Below, piece by piece: positions 1-8,470 of a stretch of 20,318 nucleotides of DNA. The DNA lies in assembly GCA_050239825.1 (NCBI GenBank), contig JBFXGO010000037.1:1-20318 (forward strand). Direction: 5' to 3'. Both the position numbers and the translations under genes were made by a program. The first letter of the stretch is position 1, and each line of letters starts with the position of its first letter. Under the pieces are notes generated by a model that did not search any database, had not been told where the DNA came from, and saw only the letters and a list, made by a program, of their open reading frames with translations. This DNA is from a bacterium (GTDB lineage: Bacteria > Hydrothermota > 32-111).

Positions 1-318
1 TGCTATGAGTATGATGAGATTGACTCGGAAACCTTGACACAGCTTGGTAAAGGGAATAGAATAAAACTAAACGAAGAGACAGAGAAGGAATCAGTAAGCA
101 ACATTGTGAAGAACGGACTTATAGCTTATGAGGTAATGCAGTCAGGAATAGGAGACATCGAAGTGATAGACATAACAGGCAGAGTTATAAAGCAGAGCGG
201 GGTTAACAATATAAAGGGAATAAACACATTTAGTGTAAAAGAACTGCCTGCAGGCATATACTTCATGAGGACGGATAACACAACAAATAAACTGAGAAAG
301 ATAATCAAACTGAAGTGA
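1..318 (+). CDS. C-terminal part of a secreted protein with T9SS/Por-secretion-like C-terminal sorting domain (5'-truncated by window edge)
   Basis: Frame 1 is open from base 1 (CYEYDEIDSETLTQLGKG...), so the TTG at 34 is not the true start. The C-terminus IEVIDITGRVIK...ELPAGIYFMR...KLRKIIKLK matches the type A CTD pattern (D-x-x-G-R, L-x-x-G-x-Y-F, terminal K-x-x-K). Confidence 0.75.
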   Translation, partial: CYEYDEIDSETLTQLGKGNRIKLNEETEKESVSNIVKNGLIAYEVMQSGIGDIEVIDITGRVIKQSGVNNIKGINTFSVKELPAGIYFMRTDNTTNKLRKIIKLK

Positions 319-320
319 GA

Positions 321-2444
321 ATGAAAGCAAAAGAGATACTCGTAGCATTGGTAATACTTATACTCTGCACTCTTTTGAGTGCAGAGTATGAAGAGAAGTG
401 CTTTTTGCCTTTTGGCTCTAGTGACGCAAGCAGGCATATTTGCCCAATTATTTATGATGTGAATAATGATTCAAATTATGAAGTATTTATTCAAAATCCA
501 AATTATATATATACAATAAACAGAAAATACAAGAGTAAATTATCATACGAGTTTGTTGACGGATGGATAGCTGGAATAGGAAATACTGATAATGATAGTT
601 TACTTGATTTTACCGGTGCCATTCCTTGGATTGATAGTAAAATCATTTGGATACGTGAACAGAGTACGATATACTCATATCCTCCTATTGAAAGAACATG
701 GGAATCCGATACAACTTATCAAAGTGATTGGTTGGGTATTGCGGACATAAAGAATAGTGGGCAGAAAAATATATACGGTGCAGGAATACCAGAAATAGGA
801 GATGATGTAAATGCATACGGTTGGTATTTTCTTGATTGTACCGGAGATAATCAATATGAAATAGGCGGCAGAGTATCACCTTCAACAAAATCAAGAGGAG
901 CAATGGATATCGGGGATGTAAACGGAGACGGGCAGAATGATGTGATATTCAGCTCACACGAAGTTGACGGAGTAATATTCTTTGAGTTCAATGAGGTTTC
1001 AGATAGTTTTGAGAGGATGGGAGCGATAGACAGTTTACAGTGCGAGAAGGTATTGTTTTTTCCCGATGTGGATAAAGACGGAAAGAATGAGATAATGAGA
1101 TGCGCAACAGAGTATCTATCGCCTCCATACTATCATTTTAAGCTGTATGAGATAGACAGCTTATATAACTATGAACTGATATGGGATTACTACTGGGAGG
1201 GTACGACAGATTACTTTATGACATTCGGTTGCGATATAAGCTATGGTGATGTTGACAATGACGGGGATAATGAGTTTGTAGTGTGCGGAGGCAGCACAAT
1301 AAGGGTCTTTGATGTAACAGGTGATAATACATTTACAGAGGTATATACAAAGACACTGCCGGACAACTTCTTTTTATCAAGCAGTGTAAAGTGCTGGGAC
1401 TTTGACAAAGACGGACAGGATGAGATAATGTTTACAGGAGAGGGCAACCCGAGCATTCCCGAGAAGAGAGGCACATACATATACAAGGATGAGGTGATAA
1501 GTGAACTTTGGATGGAGGACACACTTGACTTTGGGAATCAGACAATAGCAGATACAATAACAGCACAAGTAACGATAAAGAGTATAGACACTTATGACTT
1601 AATAGTGGACTCAGTTAAGGTAGAGGGAATAAGGTATAGGAAGGTATCGGAGCCGACATATCCTGTAACATTAATAACAAATGACAGTATAATATTAGAG
1701 ATTGAGTATGAATGCGTTGAAACAGGGGTGAGCTTGGGTAAACTGATAGCATATAGCAATGACCACTATGGCGGAGTAGATACAATGGAGATAAAGGGCG
1801 GATTGAATGTGGAATGCATAATAGACAGCATAATTGCGACAGATGGAGCTGTAAACATAATACCCGGAGTGGATAGTGACGATACACTAGTGGCATATTT
1901 CAATTACAAGACAAACTGCCCTTTGATAACAAAGGAGAACATAGACAGCATTTTGATATTATCCGGAGACCACAAGTGGGTGGACAATGTGGGGCAGATG
2001 AAGGGGGTATACTGGAGTGAAGACAGCTTGAGACTGATAATCAAATTGGCGACATATAACGGGATACCGACAGTAGAAGTTGGAGATACAGTATATGGAG
2101 ATAATAAGACAATAAATGAGATATATTATAATCAGAACCTATCAAAGCCAGTAGTGATAACAGGGAGTTTTGGGCCGGAAGGGACGGGAGAGAGCCGTGA
2201 GATAAAAGATGTTGCAGAGTTACAGAGTATCAGAGTAACAGGTTGTAAGACAATAGAGTGGAATACAAATACAGAAGCGACATTAACAGTTTACGATATA
2301 TCAGGCAGGGAGTTAATTAAAGAGGAATCAAAGACAACAGGCAAACACAAGACAGACATCAGAGCATTAAAGAATGGGATATACTTTATAAAACTCAGTA
2401 CCGAAAATCAATCAATCACAGAAAAGATGGTAAGAATAAGATAG
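321..2444 (+). CDS. Secreted FG-GAP/VCBS-repeat (beta-propeller) protein with Ig-like domain and T9SS-type C-terminal sorting domain
   Basis: Signal peptide MKAKEILVALVILILCTLLSA; ATG at 321 preferred over GTG at 315. About 7 Ca-binding-type D-x-[DN]-x-D-G-like motifs (DVNNDS, NTDNDS, DIKNSG, DVNGDGQND, DVDKDGKNE, DVDNDGDNE, DFDKDGQDE). Ig-like segment starting LDFGNQTIADTITAQVTI. CTD VYDISGRELIK...LKNGIYFIKL...TEKMVRIR. Confidence 0.8.
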   Translation: MKAKEILVALVILILCTLLSAEYEEKCFLPFGSSDASRHICPIIYDVNNDSNYEVFIQNPNYIYTINRKYKSKLSYEFVDGWIAGIGNTDNDSLLDFTGAIPWIDSKIIWIREQSTIYSYPPIERTWESDTTYQSDWLGIADIKNSGQKNIYGAGIPEIGDDVNAYGWYFLDCTGDNQYEIGGRVSPSTKSRGAMDIGDVNGDGQNDVIFSSHEVDGVIFFEFNEVSDSFERMGAIDSLQCEKVLFFPDVDKDGKNEIMRCATEYLSPPYYHFKLYEIDSLYNYELIWDYYWEGTTDYFMTFGCDISYGDVDNDGDNEFVVCGGSTIRVFDVTGDNTFTEVYTKTLPDNFFLSSSVKCWDFDKDGQDEIMFTGEGNPSIPEKRGTYIYKDEVISELWMEDTLDFGNQTIADTITAQVTIKSIDTYDLIVDSVKVEGIRYRKVSEPTYPVTLITNDSIILEIEYECVETGVSLGKLIAYSNDHYGGVDTMEIKGGLNVECIIDSIIATDGAVNIIPGVDSDDTLVAYFNYKTNCPLITKENIDSILILSGDHKWVDNVGQMKGVYWSEDSLRLIIKLATYNGIPTVEVGDTVYGDNKTINEIYYNQNLSKPVVITGSFGPEGTGESREIKDVAELQSIRVTGCKTIEWNTNTEATLTVYDISGRELIKEESKTTGKHKTDIRALKNGIYFIKLSTENQSITEKMVRIR

Positions 2445-2531
2445 TAATCTGGTAGGCTAGTGCGCTGGTATGTTTGTTCCACTTTTCCTGCGGGTGCTAA
2501 TGTCTGTTTGACGGCAGAGGATTTACGGCTA

Positions 2532-2560
2532 TTGACTCTTTATTATTATTGTGATAATAT
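2532..2560 (+). promoter_or_regulatory. Sigma70-type promoter for the MCP gene (TTGACT-N17-TAATAT, extended -10 TG)
   Basis: TTGACT 2532-2537, 17-bp spacer, TG at 2552-2553, TAATAT 2555-2560; the ATG follows after 8 nt. Confidence 0.6.
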
Positions 2561-2568
2561 TTTAAACT

Positions 2569-4308
2569 ATGAAACGATTGGTTAATTTGTTTATAATTGC
2601 CACAAATCTTCCAGCTCTATTTATCGGTCTTCCGATTTTAATACTCCTTGTTCCGGAGACTGTTCATTTTACAGGGGAACAGGTAAATTTGCTTGTTAAA
2701 CTTGGAAGCGTGATAGGAATTTTGCTTGCTGTTGAGTATGACATACTGCAGAAAAGGCGGTTCAGCAATACGATGAAGAATGAGAACATCAAGAAGCCTG
2801 AGATGAGAGAGTATGTATTCATGATGAACTCTCCGACAGTCTCCGGATTTCATATGTTCATGCATTTCATCCTCGGCTCTGTTTTGGTGGGAGGAATACT
2901 TATATTCACAGGAGCAGAGTTGAAATCTGTGATTATCGGAATCGCGGACGGACTCTTGATAGCTGTTTTTATGGGGCTTGTGAACATGCAGGTCTCCTAT
3001 CTTGTCTTTTCCAAGAAGCTAATGGAATACAGATTTACTATGGAAGAGATGAAATCACTTTCAACCTACCTGAGAAAAATTCCTCTTGTATGGAGATTCC
3101 TGATAACAGTGAATTTTATGTTTTTATTTGTCATATATGTCAGCATAGTGCTTAAAAACAGCGCCCCGCTCTTCATTGTTCTCATAGCGGCAAATATAGC
3201 TCTTTCCTACATATTTCTACTTTCAATACTCACTCCGATTAAAGGCATAAAACAGTCTGTTAAATCGCTCTTTTCAACAGATATGCATAAACTGGACATG
3301 ATGCCTGTGGTAGTCAATGACGAGATAGGAGAGGTTATAGAGGAATTCAACCTTACGATATCAAAGTATAAGGATTTTATCGCCAAACTGGTTCTTCTAT
3401 CGAATGACCTTTCTTCAATCACCAGCCAGCTGGCATCTACGGGAGAGGAGATAACAGCTTCATCGGAAGAGGTCTCTGCAACCATTCAGAACATTGCTAA
3501 AGACATGGAGAATCAGTCATCCAATACTAAGAATGCAAAAGAGGACGCGCTCAAGATAAAGACACTCTCGGAGAGCGTCTCATCCAAAATCAATATGGCT
3601 CAGACAGCATCCAAAAAGGCAAATGAAGCAACAACTTTGGGTCTCAATAAAGTCGATAACACTATGAACAGTTTTGATGAGATAGTGAGCAATGTGACAA
3701 GAGCCCTTAATAAAATAGAATACCTTCAGAAACGTTCCGAGCAGATAAATGAGATAGTCGAAATAATCACAAAAATTTCGGAGCAGACAGACCTTCTTGC
3801 TCTTAATACCGCAATAGAAGCGGCGAGAGTCGGTGAATTCGGCAAGGGGTTTGCCGTAGTGGCTGAGGAGATAAGAGAGCTTGCAGAGCAGTCCTCGCAA
3901 TCTACGGAGAGAATATCCCACCTCATAAATGAGATTAAGTCCGACATTCTCACCACTGCTGAGATAATCCAGAACCAGCATAAGAATGTATCGGAGGGAA
4001 AGGCCCTGATGGATGAAACGAAACAGGAATTTCAACAGATATCAAAGGCGATAACTCTTACCGTAAACATGATCAAGGAAATATCATATTCATCGGAAGA
4101 ACAGATGAGTTCGATAACAAAATATATTCAAAACATATCACAGATTGCCGAATTGTCAGAAAGGACATCCTCCAATACAGAAGAGATAGCGGCTTCAATG
4201 GAACAGCAAACTGCATCGATGGAGGAAATTCTGTCAAATGTGCAAGAGGTCGATCAGAAGGCAAATCAATTGAAATCGGTGAATGAGAAAATCAAGGAAA
4301 CCTCTTGA
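2569..4308 (+). CDS. Methyl-accepting chemotaxis protein (about 6 TM helices + HAMP + MA signalling domain)
   Basis: Hairpin-tip signature [41 protein letters not shown]-like TPIKGIK...[12 protein letters not shown]; methylation-type heptads [13 protein letters not shown] and [10 protein letters not shown]; about six hydrophobic segments in the first ~220 aa. Confidence 0.93.
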   Translation: MKRLVNLFIIATNLPALFIGLPILILLVPETVHFTGEQVNLLVKLGSVIGILLAVEYDILQKRRFSNTMKNENIKKPEMREYVFMMNSPTVSGFHMFMHFILGSVLVGGILIFTGAELKSVIIGIADGLLIAVFMGLVNMQVSYLVFSKKLMEYRFTMEEMKSLSTYLRKIPLVWRFLITVNFMFLFVIYVSIVLKNSAPLFIVLIAANIALSYIFLLSILTPIKGIKQSVKSLFSTDMHKLDMMPVVVNDEIGEVIEEFNLTISKYKDFIAKLVLLSNDLSSITSQLASTGEEITASSEEVSATIQNIAKDMENQSSNTKNAKEDALKIKTLSESVSSKINMAQTASKKANEATTLGLNKVDNTMNSFDEIVSNVTRALNKIEYLQKRSEQINEIVEIITKISEQTDLLALNTAIEAARVGEFGKGFAVVAEEIRELAEQSSQSTERISHLINEIKSDILTTAEIIQNQHKNVSEGKALMDETKQEFQQISKAITLTVNMIKEISYSSEEQMSSITKYIQNISQIAELSERTSSNTEEIAASMEQQTASMEEILSNVQEVDQKANQLKSVNEKIKETS

Positions 4309-4332
4309 CAAAGAGATAATTTCTGGTATCAT
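4305..4332 (+). promoter_or_regulatory. Sigma70-type promoter for rho-rpmE (TTGACA-N16-TATCAT, extended -10 TG)
   Basis: Perfect TTGACA 4305-4310 overlapping the MCP TGA stop, TG at 4324-4325, TATCAT 4327-4332. Confidence 0.6.
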
Positions 4333-4398
4333 TTATTCGTTTATAGTTGGTTTTACATTCAAAAATTCCTTTCTAACCCCTAACAAAAGAAGTGAGTT

Positions 4399-5646
4399 AT
4401 GAAAATTGAAGATTTAAAAAAGAAAAGTTTTAATGAACTCTTTGAAATGTCAAAAGAGCTCGGGATTGAAAATCTCTCTACCCTGAAGAAACAAGATTTT
4501 ATTTTCAAAATACTTGAAAAGCAGGTTGAGCAGAATGGAAGCATTTACGGAGAGGGTGTACTTGAAGTCTCTGCCGAAGGATTCGGATTTCTCCGTCAGC
4601 CCGAATATTCGTATACACCGGGTCCCGTGGATATCTATGTCTCTCCCTCCCAGATAAAGAGATTCAGCCTTGAGACAGGAGACACAATTTACGGGCAGAT
4701 AAGGCCTCCGAAGGAATCGGAGAAATATTTTGCGCTTCTGAAGATTGAAACAATAAATTATGTATCATACGAAGAGAGCAGAAGAAGGATTCTTTTTGAC
4801 AACCTTACTCCTCTCTATCCCGACGAGAAGATAAATCTTGAAATGCCGGACAATGATACATCATTGAGAGTTATAAATCTTCTCTCTCCAATAGGAAAGG
4901 GACAGCGCTCACTTATTGTCTCGCCGCCAAGAGCCGGCAAGACAATAATTCTGCAGAAAATAGCCAATGCGATATCTCTCAATCATCCTGAAATAAAATT
5001 GATAGTGCTCCTAATAGACGAGCGGCCTGAAGAGGTAACTGACATGGAGCGTTCGGTTAAGGGAGAGGTTATATCATCCACATTCGACGAACCTGCAGAC
5101 AGGCATGTTCAGGTGGCTCAGATAGTAATCGAGAGGGCAAAACGACTTGTGGAGCAAAAATACGATGTCGTGATACTTCTTGATTCAATAACCCGGCTTG
5201 CCCGCGCTTACAATGTGGTGACTCCGCACAGCGGAAGAACTCTGTCGGGCGGAGTTGATTCCAATGCTCTTCACAAACCAAAGAGATTCTTCGGCGCGGC
5301 AAGGAACATTGAATACGGCGGCAGTCTGACAATAATTGCCACAGCGCTTATTGAAACAGGATCAAGGATGGATGAGGTGATTTTTGAAGAGTTCAAGGGA
5401 ACCGGCAATATGGAGCTTGTTCTCGACAGGAAGCTTGCTGACAGGAGAATTTTCCCTGCGATAGATGTCAACCGCTCAGGAACAAGGAAGGAGAATCTTC
5501 TTCTGACCGAGATGGAGCTCTCCAGAGTCTGGGTTTTAAGAAAGCTGTTAAGTGAAATGAATCCGGTTGAGGCGATGGAATTCTTAATAAACAGAATGTC
5601 GCCGACGAAGAATAATCAGGAATTTTTAAAGATGATGTCTGAATAG
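4399..5646 (+). CDS. rho: Transcription termination factor Rho
   Basis: GVLEV...[18 protein letters not shown] (RNA-binding domain), PIGKGQR, Walker [52 protein letters not shown]; 415 aa with no N-terminal insertion. Confidence 0.99.
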   Translation: MKIEDLKKKSFNELFEMSKELGIENLSTLKKQDFIFKILEKQVEQNGSIYGEGVLEVSAEGFGFLRQPEYSYTPGPVDIYVSPSQIKRFSLETGDTIYGQIRPPKESEKYFALLKIETINYVSYEESRRRILFDNLTPLYPDEKINLEMPDNDTSLRVINLLSPIGKGQRSLIVSPPRAGKTIILQKIANAISLNHPEIKLIVLLIDERPEEVTDMERSVKGEVISSTFDEPADRHVQVAQIVIERAKRLVEQKYDVVILLDSITRLARAYNVVTPHSGRTLSGGVDSNALHKPKRFFGAARNIEYGGSLTIIATALIETGSRMDEVIFEEFKGTGNMELVLDRKLADRRIFPAIDVNRSGTRKENLLLTEMELSRVWVLRKLLSEMNPVEAMEFLINRMSPTKNNQEFLKMMSE

Positions 5647-5654
5647 GAGGCACA

Positions 5655-5897
5655 ATGAAAAAAGGTATACATCCAAATTATGTAGATGCAGTGATTCAGT
5701 GCGCATGCGGAAGCCAGTTGAAGACAAAGGCGACTAAGAAGCTGATTAAGGTTGAAATCTGCTCACAGTGTCACCCGTTCTTCACAGGCAAGCAGAAGTT
5801 CGTTGATACTGCCGGAAGAGTGGACAAGTTTATCAAGAAGTACAGCAAAGAGACAAAAGAAACGAAAGAGAAGAAAGAGACAAAAAAGACGAAGTAG
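5655..5897 (+). CDS. rpmE: 50S ribosomal protein L31, zinc-binding (C+) type, with Lys/Glu/Thr-rich tail
   Basis: [46 protein letters not shown] just upstream; rho-rpmE is a common gene order. Confidence 0.98.
   Translation: MKKGIHPNYVDAVIQCACGSQLKTKATKKLIKVEICSQCHPFFTGKQKFVDTAGRVDKFIKKYSKETKETKEKKETKKTK
5847..5891 (+). repeat. Five degenerate 9-nt tandem units (consensus AAAGAGACR) encoding the [15 protein letters not shown] tail of L31
   Basis: aaagagaca aaagaaacg aaagagaag aaagagaca aaaaagacg, read directly from the sequence. Confidence 0.7.
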
Positions 5898-5899
5898 TC

Positions 5900-8470
5900 T
5901 TATTGCTCAAGCTGGTAGAGAATTTTTGCTTCGTTTCCCTCAAAGAATAATTTTCCATTTGAATCAATTGTGAGTCCCGAAATCTTTTTATCAAAGATAA
6001 GGGACTCATTTTTATCTCTGCTCATAGGAAGATATACAGCATAGTATTTAAATTTGATATTCTCCACATTCAGTGTATTTTTCCCCACAATAAGATCTTT
6101 GAAAATCTCCTCATTGTGACGCGAACCTTCGGGGAAGATGTCCGTGGTAATGTCAAAATAATCGGCATTAAGTATTATATTAAAAAGTGTAGTGTGGTCG
6201 ATGATTATAACGGATGAAGTCGGGTCCTTTCCCCCTGAAAATATCTTTGCTTCATTGACATTCGTGCCGTAAAGGTCTATATCTCCGAATGCATTTATTG
6301 AGAGGTTTATATCTCTGTTTACTATCCCGCTTGCGACTCCAATGCCTATTCTGAAGAGGGATTTGAATTCAGGTGGCAGAAGAGCGTATTCAATGCCTTC
6401 ATGGATGACCTTTTTTTCATGAACATCAAAGAACCACTCTCTGTAATTTATGAAATTGTCTTTTATGAATGCCTCTGCTGCATCCGCCATCTTTATGGAG
6501 CATTTTATTGACTCTATAGAAGAAGTGTTGGTCTCCTTCAAAAGAATCTCTGCCCCGGAGGCTATTGAATGCCTTATGTGCACATTCTTGGAAGAAATTG
6601 ACTCTTTGAACATATTTCTGTAAATTTCTCTGCTGTTCGCCGTGAATATTGTTATTCCTCCGTCTCCGGTCTCCTTAATAGGAATACCGCCGCCGTTTTT
6701 TATCACATTGTTTATAGTGTTTTGAAATTTTTTCATGATGAATTTTTGTTTTTCAGCATTATTCAGCTTCGAACTCATGAATGTAGAACCTCTGATGTCA
6801 TATACAAGAGTCGAAACAACTTTTGAGTAATTGTTTGTTATGATTGAATTGAGTTCGTTTGTCGAAAGATTCTCCATATTGTCGGAATCCGGGTATATGT
6901 CTCCCGTTGAATTGCAATAGAAAAATCTCTTTTTGGGAATTAGATTAAAAGATGCGTAAAGAGATTCTTTCCTTTTTTTCACAGGGTCTTTAAATTGCTG
7001 GAAATTGTAGAGTCTAACCGAATCTATAAGAAGATATATAATCAGGTCGTTTGTGACAGATTCCATTATCTCGGTGAACTTATCCTTTACAAACTGGTAG
7101 TTGAATTTTTTCTGGAAACCCGCGCCTATGAAGAGATTCTGCATGAGAGCAATATCCTCCCCGACATCCTTTGACTGCTTCTCTGCATACTCTTTCTTGA
7201 GTGAATCAAATGTCGTCTTTGCCACTTTCAGAATCTGGGGTTTGTATTTTTCGAAGAATGTCGAAAAATCATCGGAATAATCATTGAAAATGAGTATTGA
7301 GAGGAAAATGTCGCTTGGTTCTATTGACGCCTGCTGTTTGAGAATTTCAAGATACTGGTTGAATACAATATTTCTTGTTTGTTCGTTTTTCACCATTTTT
7401 TTTTGGTAAAGTGAAAATCTCTCCATAAGTTTTCCACCCATAATGACATTCGCCATCAGATTTCTGTTGAAATCGATGATGAAACTGTTCAATTTGTTTA
7501 TTATGCCTATGTCCATGGGGAATTTTACTGTTTCATTAAGCTCCGCAGAGACATCCGAATTGAACTGATTCAAACTTTCGAGCATGTCTGTCTTCAGCTG
7601 AGTTATCTGTTTGTCAAGGTCATCCTTCTCCTTTATGAGATACTCTCTTGTCTGCTTGGATTTTTTGGATATAGTCCTGAGTATTATATCCTTGACCTCA
7701 TCCCTTAAAAAGGGCATATAATTGACATATACAGGCCTTAATATATCATCCACAGACCAGATAGTGCGATTTTCGAAATAGTCTATTATATCAAGCTCTT
7801 TTTCAAGGGAAGCGGCAGTATTGAATATGAGAACGAGATCGACAAAATACCTGAAAGGGAAAGAAAAACTGCTTATCTTTTTCCTTAAAGTATCCCATGA
7901 GTCCGTGAATTCAGGCGAAGGAAGAATGAGGGCTTTATCAAGTATTTTTGTATGGAAATCCCTGTTAAACATATTATAGGAGTAGATTTCATTCCTGATT
8001 TCTATGAGTATATCCCTAAGTTTTGCAAGTGAATCCGTAAAAATATCCTTCTTGTTGGTAAGGTGCTCTTTGTTCTCATTGTAAACAATGATGAAGACCT
8101 TTATTACGGATAGTTCGAAGAGGAGCGGCAGTTTGCTGTTCTTTTCAGCAATATTCTTGTAAATCTGTTTTAATTGGCTTTTCAGTTCAACAATGTCTAT
8201 GGACTGGGAGAGAAGAAGCTTGAAGAGGGAGCAAAGCATTTCAAATTTTGCTTCATTGAAAAAAAGGTATATCTGCCCGGTATCCTGAAAAACAACAAAA
8301 GGTTCAAGGCAATCCACATTGATATTCTTTCTTTTTGATAGAAGCAGTATTCTCTGAATATTCTGGGTAAATTCTTCCTTCTTTCCAAATTCATCCTGAA
8401 GGGTGGATACATATTTGGATTTGAACTCTATGAGTCCAAGTAGCTGTTCATAGGTAAGCTCGGAACCCAT
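5900..8470 (-). CDS. Large soluble protein: ~550-aa helical N-terminal region + divergent class III nucleotidyl (adenylate/guanylate) cyclase-like domain
   Basis: Class III motifs in the correct order: VSTLVYDIRGSTFMS (D558), PIKETGDG (K599, D603), FRIGIGVASG (R707), DLYGTNVNEAKI (D732, N739), VIIIDHTT. SD GGAGG upstream; the ATG directly abuts the pyrC stop. Confidence 0.7.
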   Translation of the reverse strand: MGSELTYEQLLGLIEFKSKYVSTLQDEFGKKEEFTQNIQRILLLSKRKNINVDCLEPFVVFQDTGQIYLFFNEAKFEMLCSLFKLLLSQSIDIVELKSQLKQIYKNIAEKNSKLPLLFELSVIKVFIIVYNENKEHLTNKKDIFTDSLAKLRDILIEIRNEIYSYNMFNRDFHTKILDKALILPSPEFTDSWDTLRKKISSFSFPFRYFVDLVLIFNTAASLEKELDIIDYFENRTIWSVDDILRPVYVNYMPFLRDEVKDIILRTISKKSKQTREYLIKEKDDLDKQITQLKTDMLESLNQFNSDVSAELNETVKFPMDIGIINKLNSFIIDFNRNLMANVIMGGKLMERFSLYQKKMVKNEQTRNIVFNQYLEILKQQASIEPSDIFLSILIFNDYSDDFSTFFEKYKPQILKVAKTTFDSLKKEYAEKQSKDVGEDIALMQNLFIGAGFQKKFNYQFVKDKFTEIMESVTNDLIIYLLIDSVRLYNFQQFKDPVKKRKESLYASFNLIPKKRFFYCNSTGDIYPDSDNMENLSTNELNSIITNNYSKVVSTLVYDIRGSTFMSSKLNNAEKQKFIMKKFQNTINNVIKNGGGIPIKETGDGGITIFTANSREIYRNMFKESISSKNVHIRHSIASGAEILLKETNTSSIESIKCSIKMADAAEAFIKDNFINYREWFFDVHEKKVIHEGIEYALLPPEFKSLFRIGIGVASGIVNRDINLSINAFGDIDLYGTNVNEAKIFSGGKDPTSSVIIIDHTTLFNIILNADYFDITTDIFPEGSRHNEEIFKDLIVGKNTLNVENIKFKYYAVYLPMSRDKNESLIFDKKISGLTIDSNGKLFFEGNEAKILYQLEQ

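Noticed and set aside
34..36. TTG at 34 as a start codon (likewise GTG 315 and GTG 12862)
   Set aside because: The frame is open to base 1. For the other two, nearby ATGs (321, 12856) fit the signal peptide or SD spacing better.
160..2444. Similarity between the 3' ends of the two CTD genes as a DGR template/variable repeat pair
   Set aside because: Similarity is limited to protein-level motifs, differences are not adenine-specific, and there is no reverse transcriptase in the window.
5900..8470. Pycsar-type pyrimidine cyclase anti-phage system, suggested by a cyclase next to pyr genes
   Set aside because: No adjacent TIR or TM effector gene, the context is housekeeping rather than a defence island, and the specificity positions (K599, D732) are adenylate-cyclase-like. 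Not supported, although the substrate is untested.
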